Assembly: GCF_009914755.1 (NCBI RefSeq) | Contig: NC_060925.1 | Origin: the human T2T-CHM13v2.0 reference genome, Homo sapiens | DNA: 64,000 nt | Reading direction: 5' to 3' (one strand) | Part shown: one piece after another, positions 17,581 through 32,743 of the stretch | Layout of the letters: each line of letters begins with the position of its first letter | How positions within the stretch are numbered: the stretch's first letter is position 1 | Notes under the pieces: generated by a model | The model's database searches: none | What the model saw: only the letters and a program-made list of their open reading frames with translations | What the model was told of the DNA's origin: nothing | Translations under genes and position numbers: made by a program

Positions 17581-18888
17581 CCTCCATTTCCAATAAGGCA
17601 AGGGTTGTCCTTTTCTCTGTTGGTAACTATTGAATGAGAGTCACCTTCTCCACTCTTACCTAGGGCAGCTATTTTGCTTAGAAGATGGGTCACTTTTGAT
17701 CACATTTCTTGTCTTCCTTTTTGGCCACCATTGTTTCATTCTTTCCCTGAATCCCAAAGAAAGATATAAGAGGCCAACAGAATATACCTGCCAGGTCATA
17801 GTTATTAGCAATGAAAAAAAAAAAAAAAAGAATTTAAAACCCCACAAAAAACACCAGCTATAGAGTTGGATCCTGGAAGCCTTTCTCCTGCCAGATAACA
17901 GTGACCAAAGAGATAGCTTGTCAGACTTTCAACTGCTACCACATTTGATTAATTGGTCTTTCCCCTCTTTAATTAATTGGTCTTTCTTCCTTTTTAATTA
18001 TGGTTTTAGCCAAAACTCCATGCTGTTCATCCTACTGTTAGAGGGAAAGAAGGAAGAAGAAATGAAGATAAATATAACCAATTTTATTTGGATCTGCTAT
18101 GTCTCATTAGCAATTTTATAGTTTTGGTATAGAGTGATACTTAGTACAGAAAAAGCAGTTTTTCTTTCTTTAAAAACAAAACAAAACACAACACAACCGA
18201 ATGTTTAATTAGTTAGTCCCCTTTGGCCTAGCTAGAGAAATGCCTATAGCTGACATGCACATTACAGTATGTAATAATGGGCGTAAACAAAAGTCAAACA
18301 TCTGCTCACCAGACCTGCCCCTAAGTCTTCTTCTTAAGCACCAAGGGAAGCATCTCAAGTTGACTTTGCAGGAATGCTGGATTCTCTGTAGTGCTTTTGC
18401 CTCTCACCTTTCTTGGGAGTTTATAGGGGACTTTGAAGTTCCTCTGAACAAACAGGGTCTCTGTTTCACTTATTGCTGAGCCAACCCTGGGGCCTTGGTT
18501 CCATCAGCTCCTTATTAAGTGTTTAGTAATTTCAGTTTCCACCTTTTGGTCTTGCTCGCTTTGCAAACATCTGGAGAGAATTAGCTCCCAGGCCTCTGTA
18601 CCATACCCATTTTGTGGTTCTAGGGAGACTTGTGTGCTAGGGGATGTTGTTGCCCTTAACGAGCTTTCTTTATGGTGTTTAACTGTAAAAGGTACCCTCG
18701 TTAATATTAATAGACAAAGAGAAAGCAAGGCCACTCCACTCGTATTTAGCAAGGGCTTGACTATGAGTGAGAACTTCATGCCGAAGTGGGAATAATGAAT
18801 ACCATGAACACGAGATTGAAGTATAAGATAAAGTAAAATATCATTATCATAAAATGTCTGGACACTTGAAATGAGTCTAAGTCTATAC

Positions 18889-19208
18889 CTATGCTATTCA
18901 ATATAATAACTACTAACCTCATGTGGCTTTTGAGCATTGGAAATGTGGCTAGTTCATATTAAGATTTACTATAAGTATAAAACATACACTAGGTTTTAAA
19001 GACAGCATAAAAATGTAAAATATCTCATTAATGACTTTTATATTGATTGTATGTTGATAATACTTTGGAGATAGTAGGTTAAATGATATATGTTAAGATT
19101 AATTTTACCCATTTCTTTTTACTTTTCAACATGGCTGTTAGAAAATGTAAAATTACATACATGGCCCACATTTGTGGTTTGCATCATGTTTTCATTGGAC
19201 AGCGGTAT
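18889..19208. mobile_element. MER33-like hAT-Charlie element
   Basis: About 320 bp. ctatgctattcaata...catgtggcttttgagcattggaaatgtggctagt...ttggacagcg with degenerate TIRs. Confidence 0.75.
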
Positions 19209-19519
19209 ACTAGAAGATAAGAAAAATTATTCCACAAGATATGATTGGGACATGCAAGATTCTGTGACTCGGAATCCATGTGACATTAAAGTAAACAGCA
19301 AAAATATCAAAAAGGTTACTAAGAAAATGTCATCCTGACACCACAGGGAAAAAAACACACAAAATTTAAAAACATATATAAAAATAAAAAGAAAAGAAAA
19401 TGTTATTCTGAATCTCAACAAATAAGAAAAGACAGCTATCAGAAATTACTGGTCAGGTTTTTTTTCAGGGAAAAATTCTAGAATCGATTACTAAATACAT
19501 CTATGAACAAGTTAGGAAA

Positions 19520-20520
19520 TAAGAAGATGATTACCAGAAACTGGCTGAGTTCCCTAAAAACAAGGCATACCACATTAAATTCATTACCGTTTTTGATTAA
19601 GTGACTGGGCTGACACATCTAAGGAATTATAGAAACATACCTGATTTCAGCAAGCTATTGGACAAACCTTCTTATGGTATGTTTGTGGCCAAATTTCAGA
19701 AACTTGTATTGTGTAATAGTAAGCTGGCAAAACCCAACTGGTTGAATATTTGTAAATATTATAGATAACCTTGAAAATCTACTTATAGGATGGTCTATGG
19801 GAGAGATCACAAAACTAAAAATTAGCTAAATAAATATGATCAATATCAAAATCGGTACTCAAAAAATAATGCATCAGTAATAAGAATATGGCATATAACC
19901 ACCATCAAAGTAAAATGTTGAGTTCCTAAAATGAATTGTGTAGGTACAGCACTAAGCTGGCCCACTTTGAAAATAATGTGCATAAAAAGAATTATTTTTT
20001 TTCTAAAGTACAACACAAACTAAATGTGTAGTAGCTTGTGAAGAAGTATGGGAAGCAGTAGTCTCAGTTTACTGTACTAAACTGGCTAAATCCAGAATAT
20101 TTTGTTCAGTTCTTGGATAACCACAATGGTGAGGAGGTGTTAACAATTAGAAAATGAAAGCCATGCAGCCCAACAAAGAGGAGCTCTGGGAACAACCTGA
20201 CAGCTATGCTCAATGCCATCACTTGGAGGGTACACATGTTCTGCTTTGCTGCAAAAAATTGGTGGATCCAAGAACAACTGGGGGGAGTTACAGGGAAGGC
20301 AGGAACAGATCATTATGAAAATTTGTTGAATAATCTTGGAGCTCTCCACGAGAAAGCATGCCTTGGAAGATAATAAGTGAGCTCCCTTTCCTTAAGAGTG
20401 TTCTGTAGAAACCAGATGGGCATTCATCAGGAACTTTATAGAAGAGACTTCTCCTGTGGCAGGAAGGTTAATTAAGTGAAATCTTTATATTTTCAACTCT
20501 TAGGCTAGAAATCCTATTAT
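19520..20520 (+). mobile_element. L3/CR1 LINE fossil, fragmented
   Basis: Decayed CR1 RT motifs: cctgatttcagcaag (DFSK), aatattttgttcagttcttgg (EYCVQFW-like). L3-like 3' end. Confidence 0.7.
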
Positions 20521-20696
20521 CAGTATTGGGAGACTAAAGATAACTCTGCAGGCTTCTACTTTGGTCCAATTAAGCTAAATATCATCTGGAAGCTTGCTAG
20601 CAAATTGTGATGCACCAGAAATTAGACTATCAAGAAATGTAGCACACAACTGGCTCTGTGCATGTATTTGGGAGTGGGGAGGCGAGGGAGCAAAGC

Positions 20697-20847
20697 TCCA
20701 ATTTGTAATGTTTGCCAATTACTGTGGTGTAATTACTCCTACCATGGCAAACTTTAAGCTACCCACGGTTGAATAACTGTGAGTTAGTTCCTGAAAATGT
20801 AACACAGCTCTCACAAGCCAGTATGAGGTGACTCCTGCACACCACTT
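20697..20847 (-). mobile_element. MER63-like hAT-Blackjack fragment
   Basis: tttgccaattactgtggtgtaattactcctaccatggc...ctcctgcacaccact. Confidence 0.65.
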
Positions 20848-21693
20848 CCAGCTTGTCACTTGGCAGTCAGCATACAGTGTCAAGACAAAATTGATCAGTC
20901 CATCATATATTTAATTTGTTTGTTTGTTCTTGTTTTATGTTTGCTATGGGTCCCACATTCTGAAAAGTGCTCATAGGTGACATGGTCTTCTTCCTCAAAG
21001 AATGTAAGGCTAACAGGGAGGAGCAGTGGTGGTGGTGGCAGTGGAGGGTTAAATATTAAGATGCACAGAGAAAAACAGAGTTTTTAAGACATGGAATGGG
21101 CGGAACATGAAGGTCTGTGCTAGTGGAGCTCAGGAAGCAGTGAAGGGACAAGAGCTAATGTTTATCAACATTGAAAGGCTCATGTGCTGGGTGAGCCACC
21201 ACTTTTTACATCTCAAGAAACATAATCATAACCCTGTGAGGTAGCTTTTGTGCCCATTGTATGGATGAGGAACCAGAACTCAAAAACATCAAAATATGTA
21301 CCTGCAGCTCACAACTGATAGCACAACCCATCGGAGTCTGCAGATCAAATCCATCCCGCCACTCACTCCTTTGCATTGTCAGGGAAGGAGGAAAGTGAAG
21401 ACTGAAGCTTAGCTGGAAGGACAGATAGAATTTAAATGCTTCCTTCAAAACAAGAAGCCTGCAAAGCAGAGAAATAGTCCTATCTGTCTGGGAGGCAGCC
21501 TGCTGCAGTTGACTTGAACAGCTCTTTGAGGCCACTGTCACTTCTGAGCCATAGCTGATTTAGAAAACAAGGCAAAGAAGACAGCAATGAGGCTATACCT
21601 CAAACCCTGCCCATCTGCACTAAAACACCTCCCACTGCCACTCTATCAAATGGACTTGGTCGTGGGTTTTGAGATTTTGCTAAAAATTCAGTA

Positions 21694-21822
21694 TGGGTGA
21701 AGTGGCATGCTCCTGTAATCTCAGTTACTTGGGAGGCTGAGGCAGGGGGATCGCTTGAGACTAGGAGTTTGAGATCAGCCTGGGCAACATAGCGAGACCC
21801 TGTCTGAAAAAACAAAACAAAA
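21694..21822 (+). mobile_element. Alu monomer (FLAM-like) inserted in a MIR
   Basis: Single arm with A-rich tail. Flanks taaaaattcag / taaaaattccag. MIR continues to about 22000. Confidence 0.85.
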
Positions 21823-23045
21823 TAAAAATTCCAGCAGTATGAGTTGGGAAAGTTAATAGCTCTTTGAGCATCAGTTTCTTCTTTTGTAAATAAAAAGAAA
21901 TATGCCTGATTCACATTTTGTTGAGAAGACTTAATGTGCTAATTTTATAAAACACCTAGCACAATGCCTGGCACAGAGTAAGCATTCGATAAATATGCGA
22001 TCCCTTTCCCTCCACACAGTTGCACAGTTGCCTCCCTCGCTGGACTGTCATATGCATATATGCATCTTTGTGTCCCCAGCTACTAGTACAGTACCTGGCA
22101 AAGAGTGCTAAAGTACCTGGGAAAGAGACAGGTAAACTCTGTCTACATACAGTGCTGATTCATTACTCTGGGCTCAGAAATACTTCTTAGGTTAAATAAA
22201 ACAAGTATATATGCACATGCATAAATCCATTGTAGTGTCAAGTCAGCGTGTGCTTTCTCAGGGCTGGTCATCCCATGCACATAAAGAAGCGCCAACTCTC
22301 TGGCAAGGCATCCTGGTGGGCCACTCTCTCAGTCTGAAAGCTGCCTTGATTTGTTTACTTCAACAAGGTTTCATCTTTCTGCCATGTTTTCTTTTTCATT
22401 CTGGTGCGCTGTGTGTCCCATTACCTTAACAAGTGATAGTGCTTGAGTTGCCACTAAGGGTCCGAAGGAAAAGTGTTGTGCTGGATGCCAGTGTTCATGG
22501 ATTGTGGCAGCACAAGGCAAGTTCAGTCTAGGAAACAGGTAACAAAGCTCACGAGGCTGTTAGGGAGGTCTGATTTTTACGAAGGGCTTCGTGTCCATCA
22601 CTGAAGCCTGGAGGATTGACTAGTAATTGTATGAATGGGATCTGGAAGGAACTATGGTCTGAGGCTTGTCATGACTTCAGGGGTTGGCACCGTACAAAGC
22701 CCCATAAGGATCACGCAAAGGCACCCAACCGTGCTAATTCACCCTTTCCGGGAACTCAGCTCCCCCGCCCAGTATTGCTTGCCAGGGTGTGCCCACAGGC
22801 ACTCCCTGCATGTGGCTGCAGGAACCAACTATGAAATCCACCTATGTGTTTTCTAGTGAATCTGGCCCTGATTTTAGCAGACAGCACTAGCTGTCATCTG
22901 GTTTTTATTAAATTCCATAAGTAAGAGAGTAATTCACACTCTAAAATGTTACACTATGTAAATAGTGAGACTGATTGAAAACTATTTTGTTATTTTCTGC
23001 TTTTCTCTATTTTGTGAATTTTCTTTAATGAGCATTGAGTACTAT

Positions 23046-23105
23046 TTTATATATATATGTTTACATATATGTTTATATATATGTTTATATATATATATAT
23101 GTTTT
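23046..23105. repeat. TA-rich tandem repeat, unit about tttatatatatg
   Basis: Directly visible. Confidence 0.9.
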
Positions 23106-23517
23106 AATTCAAAGGATAATTCATGGCAGAAACAGAAGTATAGGGACAGAAATTTCCATTACCGGAGGCTTTGAGAACCATATTCCTGCAGCTCTAATGA
23201 ACAGAAAGTCATTTCACTGGGATGTTTTCCTCCATTTTCTGTGAATTTGAGTGAGCTTCCTTCCAAGAATGCAATTGAAGACTGGGACATACATATTGTA
23301 ACCAGTAGCATGAGTTATTGATTGAATTCCCTGGCACTTCCTTTAGTTTGAATTCTAGGTAGAGTTCTTGGAAAGTGATGGCTTTTCGAGAGCTGGGCTT
23401 CCCTAGCATGGAATGACAAGTCACATAACAGCTCTTTGTCCAGTCATATACTGAGCATCACCTGCGTATCAGGCACTGTGCTGGGCACCAAAGATGGAAA
23501 GATAATTCGTGTCTTCA

Positions 23518-23853
<336 letters not shown>

Positions 23854-25703
23854 AAGGTAGATAGGAACACAACATAGCTGTACTAGGGGTGAGTTATGTA
23901 CAAGAGGGTGTGGGTGAGTGGCCAGGGCAGGTTTCACAGAGGCCAGGACATGTCAACAGTCTTCACTTTAGAGTAGGAATTTGCTAAGAAGACCAGAAGT
24001 CTGGTTGGCTGGCAAAGAGATGGGTCAGGGTAAGGGGAGTCCAGCAGAAGGAAAAGTATGCATACAAGCATGGAAGCATGAACTGGCTGGCCTGTGGGAT
24101 CGTCATGACCCCAGGATCAAACTCATATAAGTTTCTCCAAGACATAACAGTTCTTGTCTCAAGTAAGACACTAGGAGAGTAGGCCACTAGGAGCCCCAAT
24201 TCCATCAAACACCTCCTAGCCCTGTCATGCACCCAGCATAAGCACAGGGGATGATACAAGAAAACAGTGTGATATCACCATCCCAAGTTGCTGCGGATCA
24301 GAGAGCTGTCTTACTGTGATGCTTAATTTTTGGTGAACTTACAGAAAAAAATTCAAAAAGTCTGAGGCTGCCCATTAGGAATGAGAAATTGCATATGAGG
24401 GTTAGCATGCTAATTATGTTTTGTGTAACCTACTGGACACACTGGGATGGCTTTTCCTGAAAGAAATTATCTGAGTCCTACCTTACCACCTAGACAAACG
24501 GGAAAGGAAAGGGGGTTGATTCCACCAACAGTGTGTGCTTGTGACTTAGGCGGCTTTCCAGTCGAAGAAATACAAATAATTGTAAGGCAATTTTAATCTT
24601 TACTGAACTCTCTTGAAGCCTATCAAACGGAATCCCAAATGCACAGCAAAACATCTTAAAATTGCCTTTCCCTATCTCTCTCAAGTCATATATATCACAC
24701 GTTTATGGCTCTCTCCTCCTAATTTTTTTCCTCCCTCTTTCCATATTCCTCCCAAACTCTCTTAAGCTCAACTACAAGAACACTTGTCTTTTCACCCCAG
24801 CCCCATTCCCCGCTTTCTGGATTTATTCCTCTGGTGGCTAGTAGATCTCTCTCCTTTCTAAAGTAAATCAATTTCACATTTCTGCCCCCCTACACCAATC
24901 AACACCACATTATTTTTATATTTGTGGCAGAGGTTTAATAGGTAGAACAAGGGGATGCTTTGCAGAGGCTAGAACACTCAAGAGAAAGATTTGTTTTCTT
25001 TGTCATTTGAACAGCAAGCATATATAAACCATGCTGGTAAAGTTTCTTTCTGGTGGCTCCCATATTTTAGGTTACTGGCCACCCTAAAAACCTAAGCCCT
25101 AAAAACCTGTTACCTTCCCATGTAACAGAAGCTTAATGTAAATGACTTTCATAAACCTGTATTCCTTTAACTTATTTTTTTCTTCTTTATCCATAGCAGA
25201 TTTAAGTCTGGATTCCTTGACTCATCCAAAGTGGTTAAGTGCAAGAATGCTATTTTTTTTAATGCCTGTCTTCCCCATTAACTCCCAGAGGGCAGGGGTA
25301 TTGGCCATCTAGGTGACCATTAGCACTGTCCCTGGAAAATGGAATACACTCATTAATTCTTATATTTAGCATTTGTTGAAGGGAATTTGAATGTGAGCAT
25401 AAATTTCTTAAAGGATCTTTCAGTCCCTTGAACAAAGTGTGAACCAAGTGTCATCCAAGTTATACAACATGGAGTACATACAATTGCATTTCACTCTAAT
25501 TCAAGCCTAAGAACAGGTGACCCAAGAAGCAATCTCAACCCCTCAAAGATTTTTCTCCAATACCTAATCTGCAAGCCAAGGATCTTTGGGGTACAGAAAA
25601 AGTCATTTTTTTTTCTTTCCTTTGAGGGAAGTGACAGATACAAAGTTTTCATACTCAGCTCCTAACTGCCCCCAGCTCATCCTGGCAGCTGAAGAGTTAA
25701 TCT

Positions 25704-25720
25704 GCTGCCACCTAGTGGTT
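25704..25720 (-). promoter_or_regulatory. CTCF binding motif
   Basis: Reverse complement AACCACTAGGTGGCAGC matches the CTCF core CCACYAGRKGGCRS. Confidence 0.7.
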
Positions 25721-25841
25721 CTTGGCCAACCTGCGGGAACCCCAGCTCACATAAGGTGAGGGTGAATGGGGTGGGTGTGGACTGTCTCCATGAAGAGGAC
25801 AAGGTTCTCAAGTGGCTTTGTCTTCCCACCCCCAAAGTTTA

Positions 25842-25962
25842 TCTCTCTCTTTCTCTCTCTCTCTCTCTCTTTCTCTCCCTCTCTCTCTCTGTCTCCCCCT
25901 CTCTCTCTCTCTCTTCTCTCCTCTCTCCTCTCTCCTCTTTCTCTCTCTCTCTCCCCTTCTCT
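25842..25962. repeat. (CT)n-rich polypyrimidine tract, about 120 bp
   Basis: Directly visible. Confidence 0.97.
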
Positions 25963-26415
25963 GGGGCCTGTTTCCTGTAGACCTGAGGCAAAGCAGTAGT
26001 TCAGGCTGGGATTTCTTGCAAGTTTTCCACTGTGGGGTGCCGCAACAGCTGTGACCCTGGCTTGATTTTGATGTAGACTTCAAGGGCGCCGTCCCCAGCG
26101 GGGAGAACATTTTTACCTCAGGAGCCTATTCACATTGGTAGCCTTGGCAGGGAAAGTTCCAGAAGCTTTGATTACACAAATACCTTTGCTAGGTACAGGC
26201 CCGTCTTGGCAACCTGGGGAGAGAGAATGTGCACATGGGCTGATTAAACCAAACGACCCGTTTCCTTTGCCGGGGCTGGGGGCTGGGGGTCTTCGGCTTG
26301 GAAATGATTTTTTCCTTGGCTGTGTTGCCTGGAAACTTTGAGGGTTTAATTAGGACTGGGGAGGTTTTTGGCTCCCGCAGCTGCCTCTGCTCTCCCCCAG
26401 GGTTACTGAGTGAGA

Positions 26416-26473
26416 ATGTGTGCATGCGTGTGTGTGTGTGTGTGCGCGCGCGCGCGTGTGTGTGTGTGTGTGT
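26416..26473. repeat. Alternating purine-pyrimidine tract (TG)n(CG)6(TG)n
   Basis: 58 bp of uninterrupted RY alternation. (CG)6 at 26445-26456. Confidence 0.97.
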
Positions 26474-27255
26474 CCCCTGCAGTGCAGGCCAAAGCCGTCT
26501 GGAGAAGTTAATTGTGTACCAAGGCAGATGTGGCTCTTTTTATTTCAATTGATTTCAGTTAATAACTTTTAACCTCCGAACCGCAGTGAGGCTGCGTGTG
26601 GTTTATGTATCATGTACTGGAGCCCAGACAACTGAGTGGAAATGGTAGCTATTACCTTACTGCCGCCATCCATCTAGGGCCAATCATTGGAAACTTTTCT
26701 AAATGTTCTCAAGCAAATCCAGAAAGGACATCCTCCATCAGTGTCTCTCTGGCTCTGTGAATTCCTAGGAAGAAGTAAGACAAGAGCCGGCCCGCCCCAA
26801 AGCAGTTATCTTATTTGGTCAGGAGGAAAAAGTTGGAGTAAACAAATTAAAATGAAACATTTTTCATCCTTTATTGACTTCAGTATTCTTTTTATTAACC
26901 TCAACATTACCAAGCAGTTACTCTCCCATTTGGAGACTTGGAGAAAGAAGAAGAATTTTCTTTTCTGCTTTTCTTTGATATGTATATATGTTTGTATTTA
27001 TTTTTCAACTACCAATGTTATACACAAACATGTTCTGGTTATATAAGGATTAAATACAGAAGTATAAGCCCTCTTGCTCACAGGCAGATTTTCCAGCTGG
27101 GGTCAAGGCAGGTGCAGGCGCATTGTGACCCACCCTTTTTCTTCCTTCCCTCCCTCTTTTCTTTTCTGCTTTCCTTTCCTCCTTCCTTCAGAGGAAGATT
27201 CAGAGACACAGGTCTTTCCTTCATGGAGCATGTGGAAATGAGCTCCCACATACCA

Positions 27256-28445
27256 TGTGTATTTGTTTGCTAGGCCTGCTGTAAGAAGATACCACACAAA
27301 GGTCTAATATCCAGCATCTATAAGGAACTTAAACAAATTTACAAGAAGAAAACAACCCCATTAAAAAGTGGGCAAAGGACATGAACAGATACTTCTCAAA
27401 ACAAGACATACATGTGGCCAACAAGCATATGAAAAAAAAGCTCAATATCACTGATCATTAGAGAAATGCAAGTCAAAACCATAATGAAATACCATCTCAC
27501 ACCAGCCAGAATGGCTACTATTAAAAAGTCAAAAAATAACAGGTGTTGGCAAGGTTGTGGAGAAAAGGGAACGCTTATACACTATTTGTGGGAGTGTAGA
27601 TTAGTTCAACCATTGTGGAAAACAGTGTGGCAATTCCTCAAAGAGCTAAAAACAGAACTACCATTTGACTCAGCAATCCCACTACTGGGTAGGTACCCAG
27701 AGGACTGTAAATCATTCTACCATAACAACACATGCACACGAATGTTCATTGCAGCACTATTCACAATAGTAAAGGCATAGAATCAATCTAAATGCCTATC
27801 AGTGAGACTGGATGAAGAAAACATGGTACATATACACCATGGGATATTATACAGCCATAAAAAAAGAACAAGATCATGTCTTTTGAAGGAACATGGATGA
27901 AGCTAGAGGCTATTATCCTTAGAAAACTAATGCAGGAACAGAAAACCAAATACTACATGCTCTTACTTGTAAGTGGGGGCTGAAAGATAAGAATTTATAA
28001 ACACAAAGAAGGAAACAAAGACGCTGGGGTCTACTTGAGCAGGGAGGGTGAGAGAAGGGAGAGGAGCAGAAAGGATAACTATTGGATACCGGGCTTAATA
28101 CCTGGGTGATAAAATAATATGTACAACAAACCCCTGTTACCGGTGTTTACCTATGTAACAAACCTGCACGTGTATCCCCGAACTCAAAATAAAAGTTAAA
28201 AAAAATAAAAATACGACGAGTAAAAAAAAAAGAAAAAAAGAAAGTACCACAGACTGGGTGGCTTAGACAAGAGCAATGTGTTGTCTCACAGTTCCAGAGG
28301 CAGGGTTGATTCCTTCTGCGGGCTGTGAGGGAGGCTCTGTTCCACGCCTCTCCCTGCTCCTGTGGTTCGCTGGCAATCTTTGCTGTTCCTTGACTCGTAG
28401 ACACATCGCCCTGATCTCTGCCTTCGTTTTCACATAGCTTTCTTC
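27256..28445 (-). mobile_element. MLT1B/C MaLR LTR split by an L1 insertion
   Basis: tgtgtatttgtttgctaggcctgctgtaa | taccacagactgggtggcttagacaa... Confidence 0.75.
27297..28237 (+). mobile_element. 5'-truncated L1 (L1PA15/16-like)
   Basis: ORF2 C-terminus (27466-27780), 3'UTR and A tail. TSD aagaagataccaca (27283-27296) / aagaaagtaccaca (28238-28251). Confidence 0.92.
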
Positions 28446-29262
28446 CTGGCACTGGGAGTGACATGACTTGACTGTTTTCTAGGGAACCCTCACTTTAGGC
28501 TTCTCCTCTTGAGTTGGTCAGATGCCCAGAGAAGACTCTTCAATCCCCTATTTGAAGAATGTGTGTGCCTGGCTGCTGTGTTCCGGGAGCCAAGTGTGAG
28601 AAGAAGGCTGGAACCCAAATATTCAGTCTGCTCCTCTGTAGTCTTTAATCCCTCTGTTTTCAGTACAGCATCCTCCCAGACCTCCGCACTCTCTGGCTTC
28701 TCTAGTTCAGAAATCCCCTGGTTACTGTCTCTAGAAAATAAATCTCTCCTACCATTTACGGCAGTGGAGAAGGAGCCATGTGACTGCGTGGCATGAGGGG
28801 ATAGGGCACGGGGAGAGATCTAACTGCTTCTAAAACCCTTTCCACCCACCCTCCTTTTTCAGCCCCATCTTCACTCTCACCTCCAGAGGTACCAGATGCC
28901 ACCAGTCCTGCGCTGTTTCACTGCTCTGAATGTGAACCGAGTTGCTTTTGGCGTTTCCCACTGCAGGCTCCGTGTGCAGTTTGATGGGGTCTGGCAGGCC
29001 GGTCGCCAGTCTTCCACAGCATTTTAACTTTCAACATTTTGCTGCTTTCTTTGTTTCCACTTTCTTTGTTTTTGTGTTAGTGGGTTTCAGGAAGAAAGAG
29101 AGCTAAATACATGTGTCCAATTTTCCAGCTTTACCTTTAAGGCCATTCTTGTGTTTTAAGCAGCATGTTCCAGAGACATTCTCAAACCCAAAAGGAGTCA
29201 TCCTATCCCTGGGTTATCTGGAAGTTTTGGGTAAGTTTAGGACAAGAGAGTCCCTTCCAAGA

Positions 29263-30321
<1,059 letters not shown>

Positions 30322-30449
30322 TTAGTATATGAACATATGGATGCACATTCGCACACACAAACACACTCACGCTGCCTATTTTCTCTACAAAATCTACAGC
30401 CAACCTGGGTGGAATATTTGGATTCACCAGCCAGATTCTTATTTTGTTC

Positions 30450-31010
30450 TAGATGGAATTCTCTAAGATTCCCCCAGTTCCCTCTTTTCCCCCCTCACCA
30501 ATTTATTCTTGACACTACAGCCAGGATGTTCCTTTTATAAAGTAAATGCAATTACTGTATATCCTTCCCTTACTTCAGAGCCTTCAGAGAATGTCTCCTC
30601 TTCATCCTTAGAATAAAGTCCAAAGCTCTACCCTTGTCCTCTAAGTCCCCTCCCACAGCCTGGGCCCTGACGACCTGTCCACCCTCTTATTAGTCACCCC
30701 TTCCTTGCTAAGCTTTGTCTTCTTGGCCATTTCTCAGTTCTGTTAAGCCCTTGCATGTGCTCTATTCTCTGCCTGGAAAGCTCTCTCCCCTCAGGCCCCC
30801 ACATACACCAGGTTAAACCCCACACTGCCCGCTGCCACAACACCCTGTACGTTTGCTTCCATAACACTTTAGTTACATGTCCAGGCTAGACTGGAAGCAT
30901 CGTGAGCACAGTGGATTTTTCTGTCTTGTTCACAGCATAACCTTAGTGCCTTAGCACCAGACCTGACAACGTGGGAGGTATTCAATATATTTATCTAATG
31001 AATTATACTT
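30450..31010 (+). mobile_element. L2 3' portion
   Basis: ccttagaataaagtccaaa...ctagactggaagcatcgtgag...ttcaatatattt...aatgaat. Confidence 0.7.
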
Positions 31011-31969
31011 TTTACCTTAGGTTTTTCTAATCTTTGCGCTTAGCCTCACTCCCAGCACACACTTCATTCTAACTTTACAGTTATAATATGGGAAAACATT
31101 AGCTCAATAGTGGAAGTTTCTGGCCTGAAACGATGCTTGTAACTCTATTTCTGAAAAATGGGGCTTAGTGCCTCTCCAAGGAGAAAACAGTCCTAGATGG
31201 CCTCAGGACACTGGAGGAGGTGACTAGATATCTCTACGCTTATTCTGCTGGCTCTAAAAGCAGAGGATCCCCATGATTATAAAGACTTAATTTTTGTTTT
31301 TCATAGGCAATCAGGGAAGTTGGTTGTAGTGATAAAGTTGGCAGGTCATATGAGGATTCTCATAAAATCAACTGAACAGAGATCTCTGTTGCAGAATTAT
31401 AGTTGCAGTAAGACGTGAAAAGGTCACCCCACATTTTTTTCTCATTGCTTTATTTACATGAAAAATAATTTATCCCACTGTATATGACAATTGAAAGCTT
31501 GAAACTGAAACTATTTGTTTCCTCATCTGTAAAATGAGAAGGTTGAACTAAGTGCCCTCTTAAGGCTGCTCTAAAACACGATGATCTTATTCTGATTCTT
31601 TATAAGAGCTATTCACCAAAAGCTTCTGGGTTTCCGAAAATACATTGCTCTTGAGGGAATCAAATTTTTATTGTGGGGTTTTTAAAAAATATAAACACCT
31701 TTATGGACTTGGCAGGGAATCAAGTGAAGAATAGTATGGATTTCAGATCTGCCAACAATGGCACCATTCTAAAGAGTTCAATAGCCAGCATTTTAGGACT
31801 CAGCATAGAACCACCTAAAGGCTAGAAGGGCTGAAATCTTCAGTAGCAGCTTTGGAATTTTGCATCTTTGCACAGTAGTAAAACTGAAATAATACCTGCC
31901 CAAATGAAAAGGATTAAGTTGACTCAAACGTTATGAAAAACAAATAAATAAAAAGACTGCACAATACTT

Positions 31970-32743
<774 letters not shown>

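Noticed and set aside
25756-26110. Ser/Leu-rich and Arg/Glu-rich ORFs
   Set aside because: Artefacts of the (CT)n tract.
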